From positions 1,431 to 65,430 of the forward strand of contig JAHRWA010000026.1 in NCBI GenBank assembly GCA_019090455.1: a stretch of DNA of 64,000 bases. Reading direction: 5' to 3'. The stretch's first letter is position 1. Each line of letters begins with the position of its first letter. The position numbers and the translations under genes were made by a program. The DNA comes from Pseudomonadales bacterium (GTDB taxonomy: Bacteria; Pseudomonadota; Gammaproteobacteria; Pseudomonadales; DC-out160). Shown here piece after piece: positions 35,994-45,871 of the stretch. Under the pieces are notes generated by a model. The model saw only the letters and a program-made list of their open reading frames with translations. It searched no databases and was not told the DNA's origin.

Positions 35994-36899
35994 ATGGCTG
36001 ATCTCAATGGGATGGTAGTGTTTTCTAAAGTGGTGGAAGTCAGTAGCTTTACAGCAGCTGCGGGCCTCCTGGACATGCCAAAATCCAGCGTTAGTCGAAA
36101 GATCTCGGAGTTAGAAGAGCGCTTGGGGGTACAGTTGCTTTACCGGACATCTCGATCAGTACAATTAACGGAAATTGGAGCTGAATACTATTCGCATTGT
36201 TCTCGAATAGCAGAGGCCGTGGAAGTTGCTGATCATATTGTGACGCAACGACAATTAGTGCCTCAAGGGAAACTGGTGATTTCCACTCCGGTACCCTCCG
36301 GTAATTATCTATTCGATATTGTATTCGGTAGTTTTTTAGAGCGCTATCCATTGGTAGAAATGGAATTAAGGATTGATTCGGGAGATGGCTCCAGTTTAGA
36401 AACGGATGTAGATCTTGCTATTCGTAACGGACCATTGCCTGATTCAGATTTAATCGCGAGGCCTATTGGTGTTGTAAAATACTTTCTCTGTGCAACACCT
36501 GAATATATTGAGAGATTCGGTATTCCACGGTCAGTTGAGGATTTAAAAAACCATCAGTTAATCAAAGATGCTTCTGATACCAATTCAGCAGTTTTAGAGT
36601 TTTGGAAAGATGATGAATCGATTCCTCTCGCGATACGAGGGCGTCTTACCATGCCGAGCCCTGTCCAAACCCATCAAGCGACTGCGGCGCATATGGGGAT
36701 TTCCAAACTACCCGTGTATTTATGCGGGAAAAGTATTAGACAGGGTAAGTTAGTCAGCGTGTTACCTGAATATCAGTTCGCGCATAAAATAATGTACCTG
36801 GTTTACCGTAGTAGTCGAATTCAGCCCATAAAGCTAAGGTTGTTGATTGATCACGTGGCCAAGGCATTCAATCAGGATGCGCCTTGGGACCGAGAGTGA
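35994..36899 (+). CDS. LysR-family transcriptional regulator
   Basis: N-terminal wHTH FTAAAGLLDMPKSSVSRKISELEERLGVQLLYRTSR. Length is 301 aa. It is divergent from the acyl-CoA ligase gene. Confidence 0.9.
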   Translation: MADLNGMVVFSKVVEVSSFTAAAGLLDMPKSSVSRKISELEERLGVQLLYRTSRSVQLTEIGAEYYSHCSRIAEAVEVADHIVTQRQLVPQGKLVISTPVPSGNYLFDIVFGSFLERYPLVEMELRIDSGDGSSLETDVDLAIRNGPLPDSDLIARPIGVVKYFLCATPEYIERFGIPRSVEDLKNHQLIKDASDTNSAVLEFWKDDESIPLAIRGRLTMPSPVQTHQATAAHMGISKLPVYLCGKSIRQGKLVSVLPEYQFAHKIMYLVYRSSRIQPIKLRLLIDHVAKAFNQDAPWDRE

Positions 36900-37756
36900 T
36901 AACGAATTACTGATTCTCCTAGGCTTGGAGAGAGTAACTCCGCTATTGTTGGCATTAGCTGAGATAGTGTTTTATCGGTTAACCAGGGTGGATTGACGAT
37001 TACCATACCTGAACCATATAAGCCTGCGCCCTCATTGTTTTGTGCGACAGTCAATTCGGAGATTAAAATGTTGTCTATCCCGCTCTTAGTCAATGCCCGC
37101 ATTAAATACTGATCGCGGTTTTCGGGGAGTAAGGGATACCAAATAGCATATATTGCAGTAGGCCACTTATTATAAGCTTTCACTAAAAGCGACACTATCC
37201 TGGAATATTCATCTTTTTGTTCATAACTCGGATCTAGCAGAATCATCCCGCGTTTGATGTTGGCAGGTGGTACTAAGGCAGGCAGACCTTCGTAGCAATC
37301 CCGAGCATGTAAACTGATGCGCGAGTCATTCTTAAAATGTCGGCGCAAACTCTTTAATGCTTGAGGGTGTAGTTCTAAGAAGTGGGCTTTATCCTGGTTG
37401 CGTAGCCATTGCTGCGCTAAGCAAGGAGACCCAGGGCAGTAGCGTAGTTGGTTTTTTGTGTTAATCGTGGAGATCGCTTTTATATAGGCCTCTAAGACGG
37501 ACTCATTTGTAGTTTCCAATTTAGACGCCATGGGATGTGTCATTGTCTCCCAGATACGGGCAATGCCACTGGCATATTCTTTGTTTTTCGTAGATTTATC
37601 TGTTTGAAGGTCGTATTGACCTGAGCCTGCATGGCAATCGATATAATAAAAAGGTTTATCCTTTTTCAGCAGAGATTCGAAGAGTACGCGTAAGGTCAGG
37701 TGTTTGTGAATGTCAGCAAAATTTCCCGAATGGTAGTCGTGTTGGTAGCTTAGCAT
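36872..37756 (-). CDS. rlmJ: 23S rRNA (adenine2030-N6)-methyltransferase RlmJ
   Basis: MLSYQHDYHSGNFADIHKH at the N-terminus and the DPSYE (DPPY-like) motif match RlmJ. Confidence 0.85.
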   Translation of the reverse strand: MLSYQHDYHSGNFADIHKHLTLRVLFESLLKKDKPFYYIDCHAGSGQYDLQTDKSTKNKEYASGIARIWETMTHPMASKLETTNESVLEAYIKAISTINTKNQLRYCPGSPCLAQQWLRNQDKAHFLELHPQALKSLRRHFKNDSRISLHARDCYEGLPALVPPANIKRGMILLDPSYEQKDEYSRIVSLLVKAYNKWPTAIYAIWYPLLPENRDQYLMRALTKSGIDNILISELTVAQNNEGAGLYGSGMVIVNPPWLTDKTLSQLMPTIAELLSPSLGESVIRYHSRSQGAS

Positions 37757-37931
37757 GACTGATAGAATCCAAAGTGAGTGTTGTTAGTGGTATAAACCAT
37801 TTGAGTGAGTTTCTCAATGAAAGTGCTTGGGAAATTCGAATAGACGAAGTGAAAAAAAATGGCGATACTCTGCGCCGGAGTGAAGTTCCACTTTGTTTTT
37901 GTTTCTAATTCTAAGTCTAGGAGACTATTAA

Positions 37932-38834
37932 ATGTCAGATGTTCGTTTTGATAACCGTGTTGTTATTGTCACTGGAGCCGGTAACGGCTTGGGTAGAAGT
38001 CATGCTTTATCGTTTGCAGCTCGTGGGGCAAAGGTTGTTGTCAATGATTTAGGCGGTGATAAAGGCGGAGCTGGATCTAGCTCTAGGGCTGCTGATGTCG
38101 TGGTTGATGAAATTAAAGCCGCAGGTGGAGAAGCGACAGCAAATTATGATTCAGTGTTGGACGGCGCTAACATCGTAAAAACAGCGATGGATGCCTATGG
38201 AAGAGTTGATGTGGTGGTCAATAATGCCGGTATTTTACGCGATCTTAGCTTTCATAAAATGCAAGATAAAGATTGGGACATTATCTATGACATTCACGTG
38301 AAAGGTTCTTATTCCGTGACACACGCAGTATGGCCAATTATGCGCGAACAGGGTTTTGGTCGTGTTATTTTTACTGCATCGGCTGCTGGTATTTACGGGA
38401 ATTTCGGTCAAGCGAACTACGGCATGGCTAAATTAGGTTTGTATGGTTTGGCACAGACGCTAGCAGTAGAAGGCTTGAAGAAGAACATATTGGTTAATAC
38501 CATAGCACCAGTTGCAGGCTCGCGTTTGACTGAAACTGTTATGCCTAAGGAAATTTGTGATCAGTTAAAGCCTGAATTTGTTTCTCCACTAGTACTGAAA
38601 CTGTGTGATGAAAACTCGAAGGAAAATGGCGGACTCTATGAGGTTGGCGGTGGCAATATAGCGCAACTTCGTTGGGAGCGAACCATTGGTGCAAACTTCA
38701 AGGTCACTGGTGAAATTACGCCGGAAAATGTGAACGAGTCTTGGGAAACTGTTGTTAATTATGAAGGGTCTGCTCACCCTAAAAATATCCAAGAAGCAAC
38801 GATGGTAGCAATGGCTAATTTACAGAATAAATAG
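37932..38834 (+). CDS. SDR-family oxidoreductase (MFE-2/hydroxyacyl-CoA dehydrogenase-like)
   Basis: [13 protein letters not shown] cofactor motif, NNAG and catalytic YGMAK. Confidence 0.85.
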   Translation: MSDVRFDNRVVIVTGAGNGLGRSHALSFAARGAKVVVNDLGGDKGGAGSSSRAADVVVDEIKAAGGEATANYDSVLDGANIVKTAMDAYGRVDVVVNNAGILRDLSFHKMQDKDWDIIYDIHVKGSYSVTHAVWPIMREQGFGRVIFTASAAGIYGNFGQANYGMAKLGLYGLAQTLAVEGLKKNILVNTIAPVAGSRLTETVMPKEICDQLKPEFVSPLVLKLCDENSKENGGLYEVGGGNIAQLRWERTIGANFKVTGEITPENVNESWETVVNYEGSAHPKNIQEATMVAMANLQNK

Positions 38835-38887
38835 TCTATGTCGTTATAGTCTATGTAGTTGTTGATCTCAGATAAGGGTAAGTCGAT

Positions 38888-39358
38888 ATGGATAAGAGTA
38901 AAAATTTACTTGTTATTGCTCATGCCCCATCTGAGAATACGCATACATTGCTGGATGCAGTGATGAGAGGTGCGAATAATCCAGATGTGGAGGGCGTAGT
39001 CCCTCTGCACATTCCACCCTTGTTGGCGACTGCTGAAGATGTGTTAGCGGCAGACGCAATTATATTGGGGACGACAGAAAATCTAGGTTATATGAGCGGT
39101 GCTTTAAAAGATTTTTTTGATCGCATCTATTACCCCTGTTTAGAGCTAAAGCAGGGGTTGCCTTGTGCAACCTATATCCGTGCTGGCAACGATGGGACGG
39201 GTACCCGGAGAGCGATTGATACCATATTAACAGGGCTTAGATGGCGTCAGGTGCAAGAGCCTATTATTTGTAAAGGTGATTTTTTGCCTAGTTTTATTGA
39301 TCGATGCGAAGAGCTGGGTTTAACCATGGCTGCAAGTTTGGAAGCCGGTATTATCTAA
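38888..39358 (+). CDS. Flavodoxin-like fold NAD(P)H-dependent oxidoreductase
   Basis: 156 aa. LLVIAHAPSENTHTL...AADAIILGTTENLGYMSGALKDFFDR is typical of the flavodoxin-like/NADPH-FMN reductase fold. Confidence 0.6.
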   Translation: MDKSKNLLVIAHAPSENTHTLLDAVMRGANNPDVEGVVPLHIPPLLATAEDVLAADAIILGTTENLGYMSGALKDFFDRIYYPCLELKQGLPCATYIRAGNDGTGTRRAIDTILTGLRWRQVQEPIICKGDFLPSFIDRCEELGLTMAASLEAGII

Positions 39359-39383
39359 TTTGAGTTTCTAAATCCATAATTTC

Positions 39384-40412
39384 TTAATCCCATAATAAGG
39401 TCATGAATAGGGCTCTTTTCTCTTTCGAGGTATCTCTATGGGAAAGGTATTTTACATGCTCTTCCAGTGTAGCATCAGGTCGCAACTCAATGCTCCATAG
39501 TGGGTTGATTTCATTGGGTATCATGGAGTAGCGAATATCGATAATGCGATTCTCATGATGAGGGTCTTTCGCAATATATCCATTAGAAAACCAGCGAAAA
39601 CGCTCAATATCCTTTGCTTGTTGAGAGTTTTTATCCAGCCATAGAAAGTCTTCTGACAAATCCAGTTTTTCTAATTTATCGCCAGGGTAAAATCGGGCTT
39701 CTTCTGCTTTTTGAAATAATCCTATTCGAACAGCGTCGACATGAAAATGCGTTTCGGTTTCATAGACTATCTTCCACAGTACAATATTGCCAAAGCTTGG
39801 TTTTGCCTCAAGGGAAAGTATGTTATCTGATGCTTTACCATTGGTTGAGTTTATTCTATGTTGCTCGGCAATATTCGAGGCACGATGGTTTTGAATTAGC
39901 CCCAAGGAGGGGTAAAGCAATATCCAAATCCAGGCGAATCGTATTATTCTAGGGTCTCTTTTTCTTGCTGTTAGAATTACGGCCAACACAAGAGGGAGAG
40001 TATAAACTGGATCAATGACGGATACGGTATTCCATGCGATTCGTTCGTCACTAAAGGGCCAAAGTAAAAGAGTCCCGTAAGTTGTGCAGGAATCGATTAG
40101 TGCGTGGGTGGCATATCCTAATAGACAATATAAATACGTTTGTTTGAACTTAAGATCCCAGCGCTTTCCTAAGAATTTTTGAATTACAATTGCGCAGAGC
40201 AGAGCTCCAAATGGAATAAATATAAGCGAATGCGTAAACTGCCGATGGTATTCTAAAAAGAGTAAAGGATCTGTTGACGATCGAATTAATACATCTAAGT
40301 CTGCACTCATTCCCGCCACTGCGCCTACCATGGCAGCTTTTTTTAAGTTTTTTCGTTTTGATATTGCTTGGGGTGCGGCTGCACCTAATACTGCTTGGGT
40401 AATGGGGTCCAT
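39384..40412 (-). CDS. Membrane-bound metal-dependent hydrolase (YdjM/DUF457 family)
   Basis: Track ORF is 39384..40538. An internal ATG at 40412 gives MDPITQAVLGAA, the usual family start. The family-typical H...H...D pattern appears as HRQFTHSLIF and HALIDSCT. This start also removes the overlap with the gene at 40509. Confidence 0.7.
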   Translation of the reverse strand: MDPITQAVLGAAAPQAISKRKNLKKAAMVGAVAGMSADLDVLIRSSTDPLLFLEYHRQFTHSLIFIPFGALLCAIVIQKFLGKRWDLKFKQTYLYCLLGYATHALIDSCTTYGTLLLWPFSDERIAWNTVSVIDPVYTLPLVLAVILTARKRDPRIIRFAWIWILLYPSLGLIQNHRASNIAEQHRINSTNGKASDNILSLEAKPSFGNIVLWKIVYETETHFHVDAVRIGLFQKAEEARFYPGDKLEKLDLSEDFLWLDKNSQQAKDIERFRWFSNGYIAKDPHHENRIIDIRYSMIPNEINPLWSIELRPDATLEEHVKYLSHRDTSKEKRALFMTLLWD

Positions 40413-40508
40413 AATACGATGGTTCTGCTGTTGTGATAGTGGTAATGACGGTGTTGATATTTGAATAGCTAAAGGTTTTTCATTAATAAATAGGAAGAAT
40501 ATATCACA

Positions 40509-41444
40509 ATGAATGGTATAGCCCATTCCCCAATTCATGAAATGGTCTTCGCGGGTAGGCGTTTTTTTCTAAAAAGGGATGATTTGCTGTCACCTATTTT
40601 TTGTAGTCCTGCTTTTTCTGGGAATAAGGCTCGGAAATTTCATTATCTGTTGCAAGAAAAGTATTTCAAAATTAAAAAAATAGTCAGTCATGGTTCTTCC
40701 CAGTCCAATTCTCTCTATTCACTCTCGGAACTTGCGAAGTCGAAGAGTTGGGAGTTTGAATTTTATGTGGACCATATCTCGGTGTTTTTAAAAAATAATC
40801 CAGCTGGGAATTATCAAGGGGCTTTGGCGAACGGTGCCAAGATTATTTCTTTGGAATCTGAGGAGCATAATAGAGAGGAACGCGCAGGTTGGATGCAGGC
40901 TTATCTTCAGGATGAAATTATGCCTCACGAAGAAAATGCACTGTTTATATCGGAAGGAGGCCGCGGTATTGATGCCGAATTGGGGGTAAAGCGATTGGCC
41001 GACGAAATACGACGATGGTCTCAGAAGGAAGGTGTTAAAAAATTGAAAGTGGCACTCCCATCAGGTACCGGCACAACGGCATTGTATTTGCAAAAACACT
41101 TGGATTTTGAAGTGTTGACTTGCGCGTGCGTAGGGGGAGAGGAATATCTAGAAAAACAATTTTCTGAATTATCTTCGGACAGTAGAGCTCATCCAACTAT
41201 TTTACCTGCGCGCAAGAAATATCATTTTGGAAAGCTGTATCGGGAGTTCTTTTCTATATGGAATGAGTTGAATGCTCAATGTGGGATCGAGTTCGATCTG
41301 CTTTATGATCCGTTAGGTTGGCTCACTTTATTAGATCATCTTGACCGGGTACGTCTTCAAGATTGGGATGTTATTTATATACATCAGGGAGGGTTGTTGG
41401 GTAACGCAACTATGTTGCCACGCTACCAACGTAAATTTGGTTAA
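40509..41444 (+). CDS. PLP-dependent enzyme, ACC deaminase / D-cysteine desulfhydrase family
   Basis: FLKRDDLLSP...FSGNKARKF contains the PLP-lysine context. A glycine-rich LPSGTGTT loop is present. The start (40509 or 40542) is uncertain. Confidence 0.7.
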   Translation: MNGIAHSPIHEMVFAGRRFFLKRDDLLSPIFCSPAFSGNKARKFHYLLQEKYFKIKKIVSHGSSQSNSLYSLSELAKSKSWEFEFYVDHISVFLKNNPAGNYQGALANGAKIISLESEEHNREERAGWMQAYLQDEIMPHEENALFISEGGRGIDAELGVKRLADEIRRWSQKEGVKKLKVALPSGTGTTALYLQKHLDFEVLTCACVGGEEYLEKQFSELSSDSRAHPTILPARKKYHFGKLYREFFSIWNELNAQCGIEFDLLYDPLGWLTLLDHLDRVRLQDWDVIYIHQGGLLGNATMLPRYQRKFG

Positions 41445-41491
41445 TGCATTCTGTAAGAATTGTTGAGTTAGCTAGCTAAATAATCTCGATT

Positions 41492-41761
41492 CTAAACAGG
41501 TTCGGGTTGTGGTGCTTGGCGTTGAATGGCTTCTGGTTTCGCTGGAGCTTGTGGCTGCTGAGGTCGGCTATTGCTATTACCTAAGGTAATGTGCTTCGGT
41601 CCAGCTAGGCTTTGTTGTCCACTGACGCCAGAGTTTATGTATTCAATTTCACCGCCACTTTCTAGGAAAGCTTGAGTTTGATCTCTGATTGATAAGGATG
41701 TTTCAGTGGAGGGACTCTTTTTAGGTGTACTTGGTCTTGTATTGCTGGGTTTAGAAGCCAT
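41492..41761 (-). CDS. Small Ser/Pro/Gln-rich protein of unknown function
   Basis: Track ORF is 41492..41824. An ATG at 41761 gives MASKPSNTRP. A conserved-looking core AFLESGGEIEYINSGVSG is flanked by low-complexity tails. No confident family assignment. Confidence 0.45.
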   Translation of the reverse strand: MASKPSNTRPSTPKKSPSTETSLSIRDQTQAFLESGGEIEYINSGVSGQQSLAGPKHITLGNSNSRPQQPQAPAKPEAIQRQAPQPEPV

Positions 41762-41964
41762 GTAGAGGAGCCTTAAATTTGCTATGCGGTTGAGCATTGT
41801 ACACAAGCGGGTATGTAGGTACAAGTTGTCTATATGTTGTGCTGTTTTTTGCAGGCTTTATGCTTGCAATTCACGCAAAAAATAGTCTCATTTATGCGGG
41901 TTTTCTTGGGGGAATTTAATTTGTACTTTTCGCCATATGTGCCCGAAATAGCAAGGAATATTCG

Positions 41965-41992
41965 TTGACTACCCAGTAAAGCTGTATATAAT
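41965..41992 (+). promoter_or_regulatory. Sigma70-type promoter of the cold-shock gene
   Basis: TTGACT (41965-41970), a 16-nt spacer, then TATAAT (41987-41992). This predicts a 5-prime UTR of about 170 nt, as is typical of cspA-family genes. Confidence 0.6.
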
Positions 41993-42171
41993 TAGTTCAG
42001 CTTGAAAGTACGACTTATATTTATGCACACCATTTCGATGCCCTGTTCTGTAGTCCTCGACCGGTTCTTCATAAGTAAAAACAACACTTCCAGCCAACTT
42101 GCTTATCTTGTTGCATCATTTGCTTGTAATAAGAGGGCACAAAATTACTCTTGAATTAATAGGTTATCATT

Positions 42172-42378
42172 ATGTCTACAGTTACCGGTACAGTTAAATG
42201 GTTCAATGAAGCTAAAGGTTTTGGCTTCATCGAGCAAGAATCTGGCCCTGATGTATTTGCTCATTTTAGTGCTATTTCAGCTACAGGATTCAAAACTCTA
42301 ACTGAAGGTCAAAAAGTTCAGTTTACTGTTACTCAAGGACAAAAAGGTCCTCAAGCAGAGAACATCGTACCTCTCTGA
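42172..42378 (+). CDS. Cold-shock protein, CspA family
   Basis: [15 protein letters not shown] (RNP1) and VFAHFS (RNP2). Length is 68 aa. Confidence 0.95.
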   Translation: MSTVTGTVKWFNEAKGFGFIEQESGPDVFAHFSAISATGFKTLTEGQKVQFTVTQGQKGPQAENIVPL

Positions 42379-42430
42379 TATACGTACCTTCCGGTTTTGA
42401 GTCAGCTTTCTAAGTTGTACATCAAAATAT

Positions 42431-42460
42431 AAATCCGCATTGAATGCAGCGCGGATTTTA
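42431..42460 (+). terminator. Hairpin terminator after the csp gene
   Basis: AAATCCGC (42431-42438) pairs with GCGGATTT (42451-42458), followed by TA. The U-tract is short. Confidence 0.45.
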
Positions 42461-42496
42461 CTGCAGCTCAGTAGACTAATAAGTCAAAAGGTTGCA

Positions 42497-42542
42497 GGCA
42501 ATAAAAAAGGCAGATTCTATAAAATCTGCCTTTTTTATTGCC
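42497..42542. terminator. Bidirectional terminator, 20-bp perfect palindrome
   Basis: GGCAATAAAAAAGGCAGATT (42497-42516) pairs with AATCTGCCTTTTTTATTGCC (42523-42542). The A6/T6 tracts inside the arms serve both strands. It lies between convergent genes. Confidence 0.8.
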
Positions 42543-42604
42543 TGAATTTTAGTGTCGATATTGTGTGTAGCTGTGATATTTAAATGTAATTGTGAGCTTC
42601 TATA

Positions 42605-43510
42605 TCAAGCAGGTTGGGGGGTTGCTACTTTTTGTCTGCGGTTTTTAGACAAATAGTGGCCGTTGATTTCTGTAATGTCGCCACCCGATAAGAAAGTTTC
42701 AATAAGTTGAGTTGTGACCTCTAGTTGTTCTAAGTGGAACATGTGATCCGCTTTTTCAATGAGTGTGAAAATGCTGTTGGGTGATCGGTCGTGGAGTTTT
42801 TTGTGATGTGCTGGCGTGGTGAAGATATCAAACTCACCGGTCAGCATAAGTGTGTGGCATTGAGGGACAGGAAAGGACTTTCTGTTATTCATCAGTCGTT
42901 CGATGCTAAAAATGAATTTATCTAGCTCAGCGTAGGTGGCGCCTGTGAGTTTTCTTACCATCATTGTGCTGATGTAATTTTGAAGTCGTACCTCTTTCGA
43001 GCGCTCTTTATTTAAGAGTAAAGCGGCCAACTTTTCCGCAAACTCTTTGCGGCAAGCCTTCTTGGCGTAGCTCAGGCCGTCTTCCCATTTGGCTAGAGTT
43101 TCTGGATTAAACTGGTCCATAAATCCACCCAAGATGAGTTTGTTCATTTTTTCGGGAGATTTTCCGGCAAGAATATACGCCACTACTGCACCATAGGATG
43201 TGCCAACAATATTGACCTTTTTGAACCCCATTGCATCAATTAAGTGATCAATGCTGTCCGCTAGTAGCTCCATTTTGTAACTGCTATCGAGGATATCTGA
43301 ATCACCAAACCCCAGTAAATCCACCATTATAGTGCGTGAGTATTGGGATGAGGACTTAGCATAATTTTGAACATTTTGAATGCTCTGGAATGCTCCCCCC
43401 AGGTAGATGGTAGGCACCCCTAATCGGTAAGAATCTTGATTGTTGATATCTTGGTAAATGATGCGTAGTCCCATAAATTTATGGTACTTGATGTCCTGCA
43501 TTTCTGTCAT
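42605..43510 (-). CDS. Alpha/beta-fold hydrolase
   Basis: Nucleophile elbow GTSYG (GxSxG), HGFG-like LLGFGDS and a C-terminal ADHMFHLE histidine context. Confidence 0.75.
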   Translation of the reverse strand: MTEMQDIKYHKFMGLRIIYQDINNQDSYRLGVPTIYLGGAFQSIQNVQNYAKSSSQYSRTIMVDLLGFGDSDILDSSYKMELLADSIDHLIDAMGFKKVNIVGTSYGAVVAYILAGKSPEKMNKLILGGFMDQFNPETLAKWEDGLSYAKKACRKEFAEKLAALLLNKERSKEVRLQNYISTMMVRKLTGATYAELDKFIFSIERLMNNRKSFPVPQCHTLMLTGEFDIFTTPAHHKKLHDRSPNSIFTLIEKADHMFHLEQLEVTTQLIETFLSGGDITEINGHYLSKNRRQKVATPQPA

Positions 43511-43705
43511 GTGGTACTAATTTCCTATGTCTACGGGACTAACGATTATTTTGAAGTATGACGAGTCACGAGGAAAGCCTGACCTGCCGTAGAAAAAAGC
43601 TGCACCCTAACACACCTTGGCAATTCAGGCGAACCTACAGTCATATATTTAGCAGGATTGTACGGCAAATTGTACTTTGATGATGTTTATAATTTATGTT
43701 CCCCG

Positions 43706-45697
43706 TCAAAGGGAAAGCCAATGATCTAGCTTTACTGTTAATTCATCCAGATCAATGGGCTTGGGTATATAGTCATCCATTCCTGATTCGATGCACCGCT
43801 CTCGATCAAGTGTCGTTGAATTAGCGGTCACCGCTATTATGGGGACTTTTCTAATGCTAGATTTAGCATTTCTAATGATTTTTGTTGCTTCAAACCCATC
43901 CATGACTGGCATTTGGCAATCCATGAGAATGATATCGACTTCTGTTTTTTCTATTTCCACAATTGCCTCTTCGCCATTACCTGCAACTACCACATTCAAT
44001 CCGTATTTTTCAGCAAACTTTCTTTCTACGATAAGATTGACTGGGTTGTCTTCCACTATCAATATGGTTTTTGATGAAATGTCGATTGGCTGGTGTGATG
44101 TTACAATCGACGTGTTTGTCTGTTTGTCGATTTGAAGAGGGATTTCCAGCTTTGCTATTGTGCCGTGATCTTCTTGCGAAGATATGTGGATCGAACCTTT
44201 CATCATTTGTAGCAATGACTGGCAGAAAGTCAGTCCTATTCCTAGACCACTAAAGCGCCGCGTTGAATTATCTTCAAGCTGCCTAAAAAGTTGGAATATT
44301 TTTTCTAGCTGATCATTATCAATGCCAATCCCAGTATCTTCAACTGTGATTTTTAATATCATGAAATTATCAGTTTTAGTTGCTCTGTCTAATTTTGACT
44401 TCAGTTTGATGTGCCCATGATGCGTAAACTTAACGGCATTATCGATTAGATGTTCAATGACACGTGTGAGTTGAGCGGGATCACCAATGAAATTGTCTGT
44501 TAGATCGGACTCTATTTTAACTTCAAAAGACAAAGCTCGGTTATCTGATTTCTGTCTTGCTTTTGTTACAATATTGTTTAGAACTTTGGTTAGAGAGAAT
44601 GGCTTATTATCAAGTTTTAAAGTGCCGGCGATGGCTTCGGTGAGGATCAATATACTCTCAACAAGATCACATAGATCTGACAATGAGTTACTTGCCGTTG
44701 AAAGTAGTTCAGCTTGTTCGGGTGGTAGCTGTTGGTCATGCTGCATAAGGTATAAAGCGCCTTGGGCACCATTCAACGGCGTTCTCAGTTCATGATTTAT
44801 TATGGTAAGAAAAGCGTCTTTTATCTCATTACTCTGTGACAGTTTTTTTAGGGATGACCGTAGCTCTTTGGTGCGTTGTTTAACGACCTCTTCCAAAGAG
44901 TCTTGATATAATTTCAATTGTAAGTGTATCTTCACTCGTGCCAGCAGTAGAGGTACGTTGATTGGCTTCATAATATAGTCAACACCGCCAACGCTAAAGC
45001 CTTCTTCTTCTGCGCAACTCATATTTTCTGATGTCACGAATATAACAGGGATTAATTCCGTCTCTGCCATGCTTTTTAATTGACGGCAGGTATCGAAGCC
45101 ATTAATCCCTGGCATGAGTACATCTAGTATAATGAGCTGCGGGCGTACCTCCTGTGCTAATGCAATGCCTTGGTTTCCCGTACTCGCGCTTCTCACTTGG
45201 TATCCTGCATCAGAGAGAGAGGTTTCTAATAATAAAACCATATCGGGCGAGTCATCAATAATGAGGATATCGACGGCCTCTTCGCAAGCGAGATCTTTGC
45301 TATGTTGTAATTCCAGTTCTTGCCTACGGGAATGTACGGCAGCCTCTACCTTTATCATGAGTAGAGCATTATCGGTGGGTACAGCCAAGCAGTCGAAGGC
45401 TCCCAGTAATAAACCTTTGACAGCATTTGAGGTTTCAGAGAAATCGGTGTTGAGGAATATGATTGGTATATTTCTTATGAGTGCAATTTGTTTGACGGAA
45501 TTCATAAAGGCATAACCGTCAAATTGTGGATTAACAATATTTAAGACGATGGTTTCAGGTAATAACTGCTGTGCTAGCTGAAGGCCACTGTTGCCGCTGT
45601 CGGCACAATATATTGTATAGTGAGCCGAAAGAATCGCAGAAAATTGCTGTTGGTTTTCCTTGTTGTCATCAATAATGAGTATTGACATTACGCTCAA
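43706..45697 (-). CDS. Hybrid sensor histidine kinase with two N-terminal receiver domains (the first degenerate) and one C-terminal receiver
   Basis: REC1 is ILIIDDNK...IVLNIVNPQFDG, with Asn where the phospho-Asp is expected. REC2 is ILIIDDSP...IILDVLMPGINGFD. H-box is NHELRTPLNG and G-boxes are DTGIGI and GLGIGL. REC3 is ILIVEDNP...ILMDCQMPVMDGFE. There is no TM segment. Confidence 0.85.
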   Translation of the reverse strand: MSVMSILIIDDNKENQQQFSAILSAHYTIYCADSGNSGLQLAQQLLPETIVLNIVNPQFDGYAFMNSVKQIALIRNIPIIFLNTDFSETSNAVKGLLLGAFDCLAVPTDNALLMIKVEAAVHSRRQELELQHSKDLACEEAVDILIIDDSPDMVLLLETSLSDAGYQVRSASTGNQGIALAQEVRPQLIILDVLMPGINGFDTCRQLKSMAETELIPVIFVTSENMSCAEEEGFSVGGVDYIMKPINVPLLLARVKIHLQLKLYQDSLEEVVKQRTKELRSSLKKLSQSNEIKDAFLTIINHELRTPLNGAQGALYLMQHDQQLPPEQAELLSTASNSLSDLCDLVESILILTEAIAGTLKLDNKPFSLTKVLNNIVTKARQKSDNRALSFEVKIESDLTDNFIGDPAQLTRVIEHLIDNAVKFTHHGHIKLKSKLDRATKTDNFMILKITVEDTGIGIDNDQLEKIFQLFRQLEDNSTRRFSGLGIGLTFCQSLLQMMKGSIHISSQEDHGTIAKLEIPLQIDKQTNTSIVTSHQPIDISSKTILIVEDNPVNLIVERKFAEKYGLNVVVAGNGEEAIVEIEKTEVDIILMDCQMPVMDGFEATKIIRNAKSSIRKVPIIAVTANSTTLDRERCIESGMDDYIPKPIDLDELTVKLDHWLSL

Positions 45698-45871
45698 ACC
45701 TTAATTAGATCATTCTATTAGTTCTAGATAAGTGTAGCTTGTGACTCTTATTTACACCTACTTGAGCGCTTTCTAATTGGTACATCTATACAAGAGTCAA
45801 GTAGGATTAAGGTATGTAGGTATATGATGTCGTGGTGATATCGCTGTTGGTTATATTGGTGGGATGGTGCA

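Noticed and set aside
40509-40538. Apparent 30-bp head-to-head overlap of the YdjM-like and ACC-deaminase-like ORFs
   Set aside because: This is an artefact of the longest-ORF start. The YdjM-like gene most likely starts at 40412 (MDPITQAVLG), which removes the overlap.
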